Virus record (IMG/VR): IMGVR_UViG_3300013004_000041
Coordinates: 1-64,000 of that record
DNA length: 64,000 nucleotides
Reading direction: 5' to 3' (one strand)
Source of the DNA: a virus
The position numbers and the translations under genes were made by a program. The notes below the pieces were generated by a model, which had not been told where the DNA came from, searched no databases, and was given only the letters and a program-made list of their open reading frames with translations. Shown piece after piece: positions 49,909 to 58,056 of the stretch (its first letter is position 1; each line of letters opens with the position of its first letter).

Positions 49909-51043
49909 TACCTAAAAAATAATCAAAACTATTTTTTGCTAACTGCTCATGCCTTTTGCCATAACCAATATTTGAAAAAATAATATCTGATAACTGCTCT
50001 AATATATTTTTTTCAAAATCTGTAATATCTTTAGACATGTTTAAAATATTTATAAAGTCTAACTCTATATCTGATAAATAATAACTGCTCCAATTTTTAT
50101 CATTTCCTTCAAAGAAATCTTTATCAATTTGTAGATACTTTATAACTTTATTCAATTTATCATATTGCTTGGTTTTTATATAAATAGCAGCAATTCTTAA
50201 ATACAAAAACATTTTTTGATATTCGCTAATATCTGTATTCATTAAAGAATCATAAACTGTTTTTGTTTGTTCTGGGTTAAATAATGTATAGGCTAAACTA
50301 ACCAAATATTGATCAGGGATTTCAACATTAACTGAAGATTCTACGTCTTCTATAAAAGCGCTAAGTTCTTTATATATTAAGTTAAAATTATCCTTGTCAT
50401 CTTTTTCATAATATGAAAGAGCAAGGGACATTAGGCCAGATAACATTATTTGATTATTTCTGTATCTTTTAATCTTGCCAACATAATTTAAAAATGAATT
50501 TATATATAATGTTTCTCTATTTTCAAATCTTTCATAATCTCCTGGCATATCTCTAACTTCTACATCTAAAAAAGTTCTTGTCATTTCTTCTGGGAAATAC
50601 CCATATTTTTTAATCTCTGGCCTATATCCGAACCAAAAGCATCCCTGTCTTTTGTGAATTCTAAATAATTTTTTAACAACATTTCCATCTGCCAAACCTT
50701 CAGATGACATTAAGTTACAAACTAAAATTTCTTTATCATCATTATGATCAATTACTTTTGCTTTCCAGTCTTTTGTAATCATGTGCTGATCTATGTCTAA
50801 ATTAATACAATAATCATATTCTAAAGGAATTAAAGAAAGTGCTGTATTTTTTGCATGTGTTTCATCCCATGGATTAAATGCTGCATTTATTACGTTTATG
50901 CCGAAAGACTTTGCGATTTCTATAGTTTTATCTGTGGATCCAGTATCAAGATATAAAATATAGTCTGCATCTTTTATGCCCTCATACCATCCAGCAATAT
51001 TAGATTCTTCGTTTTTACCAACACCATAAGCAGCAATTTTCAT
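49895..51043 (-). CDS. GT2 glycosyltransferase with helical (TPR-like) C-terminus
   Basis: KNEE, DTGSTD, LDID; start at MKIAAY coupled to upstream TAATG. Confidence 0.85.
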   Translation of the reverse strand: MKIAAYGVGKNEESNIAGWYEGIKDADYILYLDTGSTDKTIEIAKSFGINVINAAFNPWDETHAKNTALSLIPLEYDYCINLDIDQHMITKDWKAKVIDHNDDKEILVCNLMSSEGLADGNVVKKLFRIHKRQGCFWFGYRPEIKKYGYFPEEMTRTFLDVEVRDMPGDYERFENRETLYINSFLNYVGKIKRYRNNQIMLSGLMSLALSYYEKDDKDNFNLIYKELSAFIEDVESSVNVEIPDQYLVSLAYTLFNPEQTKTVYDSLMNTDISEYQKMFLYLRIAAIYIKTKQYDKLNKVIKYLQIDKDFFEGNDKNWSSYYLSDIELDFINILNMSKDITDFEKNILEQLSDIIFSNIGYGKRHEQLAKNSFDYFLGNGYE

Positions 51044-51168
51044 TATGGCTTTATCCTTTTTGCCCCGCATCTAGTACATGTTTGATAGGTTCTCATTGTA
51101 TATGGGCATGTTACTTCATCCTTAGATGTTTTATGACCTTTAATATTACACAATATTTTTTTAATCAT
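51043..51168 (-). CDS. Small Cys/His zinc-binding protein (41 aa, DUF1660-like; not in ORF track)
   Basis: Own translation MIKKILCNIKGHKTSKDEVTCPYTMRTYQTCTRCGAKRIKP; AAGGAAG RBS; overlaps both neighbours. Confidence 0.7.
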   Translation of the reverse strand: MIKKILCNIKGHKTSKDEVTCPYTMRTYQTCTRCGAKRIKP

Positions 51169-51358
51169 TTACTTCCTTAAATGAAATTGCCCTATTCGGA
51201 CAATGAGATGCAGCAAGTTCAACCTTATCTTTTAATTCATTAGGAACTGAATATTTCCAAGTTTTTCTTTCACTATCTACAAGTTGAAATATTTCTGGAG
51301 CATCAAAAACACATTGTCCCCACGACTGGCATGCTTTTCCAATCTTAATCTCAATCAT
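51161..51358 (-). CDS. Ferredoxin (single cluster, [3Fe-4S]-type)
   Basis: CQSWGQC...APEIF...AASHCPNRAI; start taken at MIEIKI. Confidence 0.85.
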   Translation of the reverse strand: MIEIKIGKACQSWGQCVFDAPEIFQLVDSERKTWKYSVPNELKDKVELAASHCPNRAISFKEVND

Positions 51359-51668
51359 TTTTAACATCTCCGTAAAACTCAATTTCTTTTAGTGCGCTTA
51401 TTAACTCATACTTTGCGTCGCCATCAAAGTTGTCAAAGTCTGTTTCTTCAATATCCTTTATTAAAACATCTATTCTTTTTTTAACATTTTGATATTGTGC
51501 ATCATTAACTTTTGACTCCTTATTTAAAAAATAAAGTCTATTCCATAATGTATTTCTAAAATAATCTTTATCTTTCTTTAGTTCTGCAATTGTTAGTCCA
51601 GTATCTATAGAATACTTTTTAAAAACAATTAATAAAAAAATAAGCGCAACTAAAAGAACATAAGTCAT
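51351..51668 (-). CDS. Membrane-anchored hypothetical protein
   Basis: N-terminal hydrophobic helix then coiled coil. Confidence 0.65.
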   Translation of the reverse strand: MTYVLLVALIFLLIVFKKYSIDTGLTIAELKKDKDYFRNTLWNRLYFLNKESKVNDAQYQNVKKRIDVLIKDIEETDFDNFDGDAKYELISALKEIEFYGDVKND

Positions 51669-51669
51669 A

Positions 51670-52332
51670 TTACACCAGTGGAATCCAGTGTTGTTCCCAT
51701 TCCTTTGGAATAAAGCGTAATGGAATTACGTCGTATGCCATTGTAATTCTTGGACCATCCCAGTCCCAATCTCCCATAGCATGTGGATGCCCTGTTTCAG
51801 AAAGAATTGCACGATTATTCTTATTGTGATTTTCTATTTCATTTTCAAATACACGATAATGAGTAATAGATGGTTCAGCCTTTACACAATAATAACCGTG
51901 GAAGTACGGAGCACCATCTCCTCCATGTTCATGCCAGTCTAATTTTCCAATGTGGTTATAGTTTACGTTAAACCATCCTTGAACCATAAACTGCTCTTGA
52001 GTAAAATCTAATTCATAATAATCACAAGCATCCTTAGTCATATCACGAACTGCACGGAAAAGAGTATGAATATTAGGATCGTACATTTGAAAAACATTAT
52101 ACTTATTCCAGTTCATAGTAGTAATGCTTCCAGAATTATCCCACGGAGTATTATCATTAAGTTTTTGCTTAACAACCTCTCCTCTTTCAATTCTCTTATA
52201 CTGATCTAAAAGAAATACTTCTAAATCTTCTAGATTATTGATGTCAATTTGTCTCTCAAAAAACTTATGTTCTTTGGTAGATTTACTTGTACTAGGCTGT
52301 GTTGCATCGCCATACTCTGATTGATTTTTCAT
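51670..52332 (-). CDS. 2OG-Fe(II) oxygenase-like protein
   Basis: WFNVN...WHEH...GYY...HPH...RITMAYD double-stranded beta-helix pattern. Confidence 0.7.
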   Translation of the reverse strand: MKNQSEYGDATQPSTSKSTKEHKFFERQIDINNLEDLEVFLLDQYKRIERGEVVKQKLNDNTPWDNSGSITTMNWNKYNVFQMYDPNIHTLFRAVRDMTKDACDYYELDFTQEQFMVQGWFNVNYNHIGKLDWHEHGGDGAPYFHGYYCVKAEPSITHYRVFENEIENHNKNNRAILSETGHPHAMGDWDWDGPRITMAYDVIPLRFIPKEWEQHWIPLV

Positions 52333-52340
52333 TTTTTATC

Positions 52341-53102
52341 CTATCTATATTTTTTTCTCACCCAACGGTGCTTTTTGTAGAACCCATAAAGATAATTTCT
52401 TTTTCTTTCTACGTCCCAGATTCCTTGATTTTGTAAACTATGATCTATCTTTTTTTCCCAATTAGCACGTTTAATTGGAATAAACTGAATAATAGGTGTT
52501 CCCTTTTTAATTGTACCTTCAAAATCTTTTCTTAAAAAGAATGTAACTACATTTCCACTAAACCATCTGTCTGAATCTTGAACTGCAGTCATAGTAAAGA
52601 ATGGAAGGTCATATCTATTAGTTGGATGAGTAATCATTAAAGACCATCCATCTGGTAATTTGCATCCCCATCTCATGTCCCATAAAAAGTGTATAGGATA
52701 GCATCCTGATGGTACTGGGATCTCTAAATGGCCACGCATTTCGATTGGTCTTGGCTCGTCATCTCCCCAAGTAACTTCTGGCTTATTTGGATCATCTGTT
52801 TTTTTAACATGAACATCACATGCAAGTGGTAACTGATATCCCATAGTTAGGGCATCAAAAAATGGCATACAGTGCTTAATGCTAATTGCAGCAGAGTCTG
52901 CTCCTTTATTCCAAGTGACACTAAGATCGTCTATATTGTCATGTAATTGGTATAAGGGTCTATCCTTCCACCAGTCTGGTAAATTGTCAATTGCTGCTAC
53001 TGGTTCTGGTGTAAACTGATAAGCAGTTGAAGCCCAGAACTCTGCCGTAAGATTTTCCATTTCTGGAACATCTTTATACATATCCTCTAACTTATCTCCC
53101 AT
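52341..53102 (-). CDS. DUF6065-like protein, paralog 2
   Basis: PDWW, IKHCMPFFDA..GY, HPTNR, KKGTPIIQFIPIKR. Confidence 0.6.
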   Translation of the reverse strand: MGDKLEDMYKDVPEMENLTAEFWASTAYQFTPEPVAAIDNLPDWWKDRPLYQLHDNIDDLSVTWNKGADSAAISIKHCMPFFDALTMGYQLPLACDVHVKKTDDPNKPEVTWGDDEPRPIEMRGHLEIPVPSGCYPIHFLWDMRWGCKLPDGWSLMITHPTNRYDLPFFTMTAVQDSDRWFSGNVVTFFLRKDFEGTIKKGTPIIQFIPIKRANWEKKIDHSLQNQGIWDVERKRNYLYGFYKKHRWVRKKYR

Positions 53103-53815
53103 TACTTAAACACCTTCTTTTCCCACATAAAATTTTTATAAGATCCGCCAAACTTAGCCCTTAGTTTATACGAAATTGCTTTAAGAGCATGCATATCTGG
53201 CTTTTCTAATATTTCAGATCTAAACTCTTCTCTTTTATAAGGAATACATTGTACTAGGGGAGTGCCCTTTTCAATCGTACCCTTAAATCCTCTTTTTACT
53301 AAAAGAGAGAATGGTCCATCTGAGATGTACATATCGGTATCAATTATAGCAGGAACAATAACAAAAGGCAAATCATCATGAAATGATGGATGGATAAACA
53401 TAGTACTATATCCTTTTTCAGTTCCAATTACCCACATAGGGTGTACTCTAAAAATATCATCTACATATAAATTTTTATCGTATGTCCATCCATCTATCTG
53501 CTCTCTGCTGTGCTTACCAATTACATCATTATGTATTGGATGTACTTGAACTTCAAGGCTTTCTCCAGTTGCATCAACATAAACATCACATGGAAACTTT
53601 AACATGTAACCCGTAACCATTTGATCTAAAATTCCTGGACACTTTTTAATTGTTTCATTATATTGTCCACCAATTAATTTTCTTTCTCCCCCAACAAAAG
53701 GCTCTGTCTTTCTCCACCAGTGAGGTATATTCTTAGACATTGGTTCTGGATGTGGCGCATATTCAAAAGTAAACTCATCTTTTGGAATAAATTTAATATT
53801 TTTTTGTTTTGACAT
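53102..53815 (-). CDS. DUF6065-like protein, paralog 1
   Basis: PHWW, IKKCPGILD...GY, HPSFH, EKGTPLVQCIPYKR. Confidence 0.6.
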   Translation of the reverse strand: MSKQKNIKFIPKDEFTFEYAPHPEPMSKNIPHWWRKTEPFVGGERKLIGGQYNETIKKCPGILDQMVTGYMLKFPCDVYVDATGESLEVQVHPIHNDVIGKHSREQIDGWTYDKNLYVDDIFRVHPMWVIGTEKGYSTMFIHPSFHDDLPFVIVPAIIDTDMYISDGPFSLLVKRGFKGTIEKGTPLVQCIPYKREEFRSEILEKPDMHALKAISYKLRAKFGGSYKNFMWEKKVFK

Positions 53816-53817
53816 TA

Positions 53818-54594
53818 CTATTCCTCTACTCTCATGTACATAAAAATCTCATCATGTTTAATATAAGGAGATTTGCTTCTTACATTGACATACAATTGTA
53901 CAGGAACCTGAACACTTTTGGTATCAACTGGACAATCTATTGTTATTTCTTCAACCTTTATTCTTAATCTTTTTTCTATTTCTTCATCTGTAAAAAATGT
54001 CACCTTAGAAGAATTTTTTGGAAGCCATCGAATATTCCATAAATACCAGTAAGGGTACAGAGCATTCGTATCGTTTTTGCTATATAAGTTATCTATCTCT
54101 TCTTTTGTTAATTTTATATCTTTAATTTTTTCATCATCAACCTCTAGGTGCTGATAGAGAGTTCTACTTAAAGGCATTGGCATTGGAAGGCTAAAATCTT
54201 GTCCAGTTAAAGTATAATTATAATTAAAACTATTCTTTAAAAAAAACACATCAGCAGAAACACGAAGACGATATAGGTTATCTTCAACTTTTTCTGGCTT
54301 ATAATTTGTTTCATGAACCCATCTATTTTCAGGAACCCAATAAGATGCTCCATCATCATATTCTTTATGCCAATCACTTGGAGAATATTGTGGTTGTAGT
54401 TCTCCAGAATCTAGTTTTGGCTGAATTTTTTTTTCATATTCTTTAGTCTCCATGGCAACCTGAGAACTAATTAAAAATGGAGTAGACCTTGTTTTTGACA
54501 AAGTTTCTTTATTCATTGCAACTGTATCATCAGACCACAAGAACTCTTGTTCGCTATAATCTGGATAATAGTTGTCGTTATATTTACGAGACAC
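53818..54594 (-). CDS. Hypothetical protein (possibly divergent member of the adjacent family)
   Basis: GTG start 2 nt after precursor-like gene; WYLWNIRW resembles HFLWDMRW of 52341..53102. Confidence 0.6.
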   Translation of the reverse strand: MSRKYNDNYYPDYSEQEFLWSDDTVAMNKETLSKTRSTPFLISSQVAMETKEYEKKIQPKLDSGELQPQYSPSDWHKEYDDGASYWVPENRWVHETNYKPEKVEDNLYRLRVSADVFFLKNSFNYNYTLTGQDFSLPMPMPLSRTLYQHLEVDDEKIKDIKLTKEEIDNLYSKNDTNALYPYWYLWNIRWLPKNSSKVTFFTDEEIEKRLRIKVEEITIDCPVDTKSVQVPVQLYVNVRSKSPYIKHDEIFMYMRVEE

Positions 54595-54596
54595 TA

Positions 54597-55643
54597 TTAG
54601 TTATCTTTCGTATCGAAAACCAACATTGTTTCTGTAAAGAAGTTGTCGTACGGCTCACAGTTAATAGAGATAACATTGTCAATATAGTTTAATTCTGTTA
54701 CGCTTGTAACTGCAATCCAGTCTTGATTAGAATAATCATAAACTTCATAAGATGTATCTATATCTCTTGAAAGAACAAACTTATAAACATCATCTTTTCT
54801 TGCAAAGATCCAGTGTGTTGGAGAGAAAAGGCTTCCGTTGATGTTGTAAATCTTATCAACAGTCTTTTCTTGTATCGCAACCACCTGAGTTTCAACAACT
54901 TCGATCCCGTCGAATGTTGAAGATGTCCATACTGCTGGATCAAATTGAGAAGTTCCTACTTCTGCGATATTTAGTCCTAGAAGTGTATCTCCAACTTGTA
55001 AAGAACCTGCAGTTACAATTCCTCCTGGAGTTCTAACACCAGTTGATGGTGATAATGAGAAGTAAGATCCGAAACCACCGTATCCTGCTGGAGCATGGCT
55101 AAAACCACCATAACCATGACCAAAGTTATGGTAGAAGCCACCATATGAGTGTGAGAAGTTGTGGTAGAACCCACCATATGAGTGTGAGAAGTTGTGGTAG
55201 AACCCACCATATGAGTGTGAGAAGTTGTGGTAGAAGCCATGGTAGAAACCTGCGTAATGGCTAAATGAGTGGTAGAAGCCATGGTAGAAACCAGCATAGT
55301 GGCTGAAACCAGCATAGTGGCTGAAGCCTGCGTAGTGACTGAAACCAGCATAGTGGCTGAAACCAGCATAGTGGCTGAAGCCTGCGTAGTGGCTGAAACC
55401 TGGATAAACATACTGATAGTAATTAATAGCAACGCTGGTACCAATATTAACTACGGTACCAGCGGTCACTGATTGTGTATTTATCTTTTGATCTAAGTTA
55501 GCATCAGAGGTAGTAGTGCTTGTCTCTGTATATGTTAACCCCTTTAATGTAAGTTCTGCCTGATACTGACTTCTTGTCATACCAGATAGGCTAGGTACAG
55601 AAACCTTTCTTATACCTCTATCACCAGTTCTTTGTAGTGCCAT
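54597..55643 (-). CDS. PASTA-like domain + His/Tyr/Phe/Gly repeat region + C-terminal Hint (intein/hedgehog-like) domain
   Basis: VPSLSGMT..Q..AGT.V PASTA pattern (aa 14-78); repeats aa 80-195; Hint S(196)LSPSTGV..LQVGD, SPTH, VISINCEPYDNFF..MLVFD. Confidence 0.8.
   Translation of the reverse strand: MALQRTGDRGIRKVSVPSLSGMTRSQYQAELTLKGLTYTETSTTTSDANLDQKINTQSVTAGTVVNIGTSVAINYYQYVYPGFSHYAGFSHYAGFSHYAGFSHYAGFSHYAGFSHYAGFYHGFYHSFSHYAGFYHGFYHNFSHSYGGFYHNFSHSYGGFYHNFSHSYGGFYHNFGHGYGGFSHAPAGYGGFGSYFSLSPSTGVRTPGGIVTAGSLQVGDTLLGLNIAEVGTSQFDPAVWTSSTFDGIEVVETQVVAIQEKTVDKIYNINGSLFSPTHWIFARKDDVYKFVLSRDIDTSYEVYDYSNQDWIAVTSVTELNYIDNVISINCEPYDNFFTETMLVFDTKDN
55059..55406 (-). repeat. Coding tandem repeats: 18-nt YAGFSH units and 33-nt FYHNFSHSYGG units
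   Basis: Six GFSH units with synonymous variation in a 54-nt period; CCACCATATGAGTGTGAGAAGTTGTGGTAGAA three times at about 55138-55236. Confidence 0.95.
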
Positions 55644-55687
55644 TTAGATCATTCTCCTATCAATATTTTATTTAATTTTACTGCTTT

Positions 55688-57505
55688 TTATGAAGAGGCA
55701 AGGTCTCCAACAACAACGAAGGTGTTGGCTGCTCTCTTAATAATTGTCGCTCCAGACCAAGTAGTTCTTGTCTTAGCGGTTGGTGTTCCATTTACAGTTA
55801 CACCTGATCCACCAGCAATTGTTACCTGTCCTGCAGCAACTTGAAGAACTTCAAGTCTTTGACCCACTGGCCAGAAAGAGTTATCTGCAGGAATTGTAAA
55901 TGTTCCTGCTGAAGCAGAGTTATACTCAATAATCATATTGACATCGCTTGATACGAATGTATATGCGCCTGTCTTTTGAGCAATGTCTGCCGTCTTATTA
56001 GCCTTTGTATCAAGTGTTGTTGAAAGTGCTGTTCCGTTTAATGTTACAGAAGATGATGCTGGAAGAGCAACTGTTCCTGTAAATGTTGGAGATGCTAACG
56101 GAGCCTTTAATGCAAGTGCATTAGTTACTGTAGTAGCATAATTTGCATCGTCTCCAAGTGCTGCAGCAAGTTCATCAAGAGTATTTAATGCTCCTGGCGC
56201 TGCTGCAATAACTGCATCAACTTCAGCCTTTACGAATGCTGTTGTAGCAATTTGAGTAGTGTTTGTGCCTACTGAAGCAGTTGGAGCAGTTGGTGTTCCA
56301 GTTAATGCTGGTGAAGCCAACGGTGCCTTTGATGAAACTGCAGTATCTGTATATGTGTTTGCAGATGCTATTGCATTTGTTCCTGCTGTGTCAGCATATG
56401 TCTTTGTAGCAAGTGCTGATGTGTCTGCAATACCATGAACAGATGTTGTTGCTGCTTCGTGTGTATCAAGATCTGAGACAACAGTTGCTAAAGTACCTTC
56501 TGCTGTATCAAGATCTCCCTGAAGTGTAGAAATATTTGATTCTGCAGTATTTACATCAGACTGTAGGGTAGAGACATCAGACTGTAGGGTAGAAACATCT
56601 CCCTGTAAGCCAGTGATGCTTACTTCTGCTGTATCGAGGTCTCCCTGGATAGCAGAGATATTTGACTCTGCGGTTCCAAGGCTTGTATTAATTGTTCCAA
56701 TGTCTGTTTCTGCATCAGTAACTCTTGAAGTTAAAGATGATAGATCAGATGTAGTAGTAGAAATTGTTCCTTCTGCTGCATCTACTCTTGTGTCTAATGA
56801 TGCAATTGCAGATTCTGCATTATCAACATCAGTTTGTAATGTTGTTATGTTTCCTTCTGCTGTAGAAAGATTAGTCTGCAATGACCCAACATCAGTCTGT
56901 AGTGTTCCAATGTTTCCTTCTGCTGTATTTAAATCTGTTTGCAGATTTGTAATATTTGTTTCTGCTGTTGCTAAATCGCTTGCAGTATCTGATAAAGTTG
57001 CTGCATCTGCATACCCCTGAGACTTAACCCAAAATGTTGTTGCAATTCTTGTTGAATTTTCGTTAGAGTCTGGGTTTGGTGCTGCTGGTGATCCAAAGAA
57101 TGTTGGGGATGTCAATGGAGCCTTTGTAGATAAAGCATTAATAATCGTATTTCCAAAAGATGAATCTTCGTCAATTGCTGTTGCAATCTCGCTCAAAGTA
57201 TCTAATAGGGCTGGTGCTCCATCAATAATATTTCCAAGTTGTGACATTGGAATATTTCCTGTGCTATCAAGAGTTGCAACGCCGTTTGCTGATGCCTTCT
57301 CTGTTAACAAAATATAATCGTCTAAATTACCACCTAGGTCTTCTAGGTTCTTAAAGTAGGAGAGATCTTCCCAATGGTTAACACCGTCACCAATTTTAAA
57401 TTGGTTTGTGTCAGTTTCAAATCCGATTTCTCCTGCTGCCAAAATTGGATCTGCATCTGTCCATTGCTGTGCAGTTCCTCTGCGTTGCTGCATTCTTGTT
57501 GCCAT
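55688..57505 (-). CDS. Tail fibre protein (Mtd-like N-terminus, coiled-coil stalk)
   Basis: QQRRGT..W...PILAAGEIGFETDT; heptad repeats TAEGNITTLQTD; APLASP.FTG repeats; VVVGDL terminus. Confidence 0.8.
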   Translation of the reverse strand: MATRMQQRRGTAQQWTDADPILAAGEIGFETDTNQFKIGDGVNHWEDLSYFKNLEDLGGNLDDYILLTEKASANGVATLDSTGNIPMSQLGNIIDGAPALLDTLSEIATAIDEDSSFGNTIINALSTKAPLTSPTFFGSPAAPNPDSNENSTRIATTFWVKSQGYADAATLSDTASDLATAETNITNLQTDLNTAEGNIGTLQTDVGSLQTNLSTAEGNITTLQTDVDNAESAIASLDTRVDAAEGTISTTTSDLSSLTSRVTDAETDIGTINTSLGTAESNISAIQGDLDTAEVSITGLQGDVSTLQSDVSTLQSDVNTAESNISTLQGDLDTAEGTLATVVSDLDTHEAATTSVHGIADTSALATKTYADTAGTNAIASANTYTDTAVSSKAPLASPALTGTPTAPTASVGTNTTQIATTAFVKAEVDAVIAAAPGALNTLDELAAALGDDANYATTVTNALALKAPLASPTFTGTVALPASSSVTLNGTALSTTLDTKANKTADIAQKTGAYTFVSSDVNMIIEYNSASAGTFTIPADNSFWPVGQRLEVLQVAAGQVTIAGGSGVTVNGTPTAKTRTTWSGATIIKRAANTFVVVGDLASS

Positions 57506-57571
57506 ATTTTATCTCTCCTTATAAGGGTTCTGCCCCTATTTTTTTTTCTACTGCTTATTATAACATCAATT

Positions 57572-58027
57572 TTAGTTGAAGTTATCTACTGGAGAACCAC
57601 CGTCAAATACTTGAGTCCAAGAATTTGAAGAAGGAGACCCTCCGTCTAAACTAGTGCCTTGTGGGCTATTGAAACTACCACCTTCACGGAAAGTAGTAAC
57701 AATAAATCCTGTTCCATCGATTGCTGTATCGTGGATATGTTGTGGTAGGTTTAATGTATCATCAATTGTTGCTTGTGTGTGCCATGCACCATTATAATAA
57801 AAGTTAACTCTATTTGTTAATGTATCAAGCCATTGTGTACCATTTGTTGGTGAAGAAGGAGCAGTATCGCCTACTGCCATAGATCCAGTTAATGAATCAA
57901 CATATTCTTTGGTTGCTGCATGAGAGGCTAGTGTTGGTGCCCCTACTGTTACTGCACTTCCGAATGTACCGCCGTTAGTTACGACTAATCCATTCTTGAC
58001 CTTAAAGTCTTTATCTACTGTTGCCAT
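57572..58027 (-). CDS. Tail-fibre-associated/adaptor protein
   Basis: DFKVKNGL N-terminus, HAATKEYVD, APSSP..G..WLDT, DGG ends. Confidence 0.65.
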   Translation of the reverse strand: MATVDKDFKVKNGLVVTNGGTFGSAVTVGAPTLASHAATKEYVDSLTGSMAVGDTAPSSPTNGTQWLDTLTNRVNFYYNGAWHTQATIDDTLNLPQHIHDTAIDGTGFIVTTFREGGSFNSPQGTSLDGGSPSSNSWTQVFDGGSPVDNFN

Positions 58028-58056
58028 TTACTGCTCCTTCTTACCGTTTTATTTTA

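Noticed and set aside
55059-55406. CRISPR array or DGR template/variable repeat
   Set aside because: Repeats are contiguous, in-frame and vary synonymously, with no unique spacers; no reverse transcriptase or adenine-specific variant copy seen in the window.
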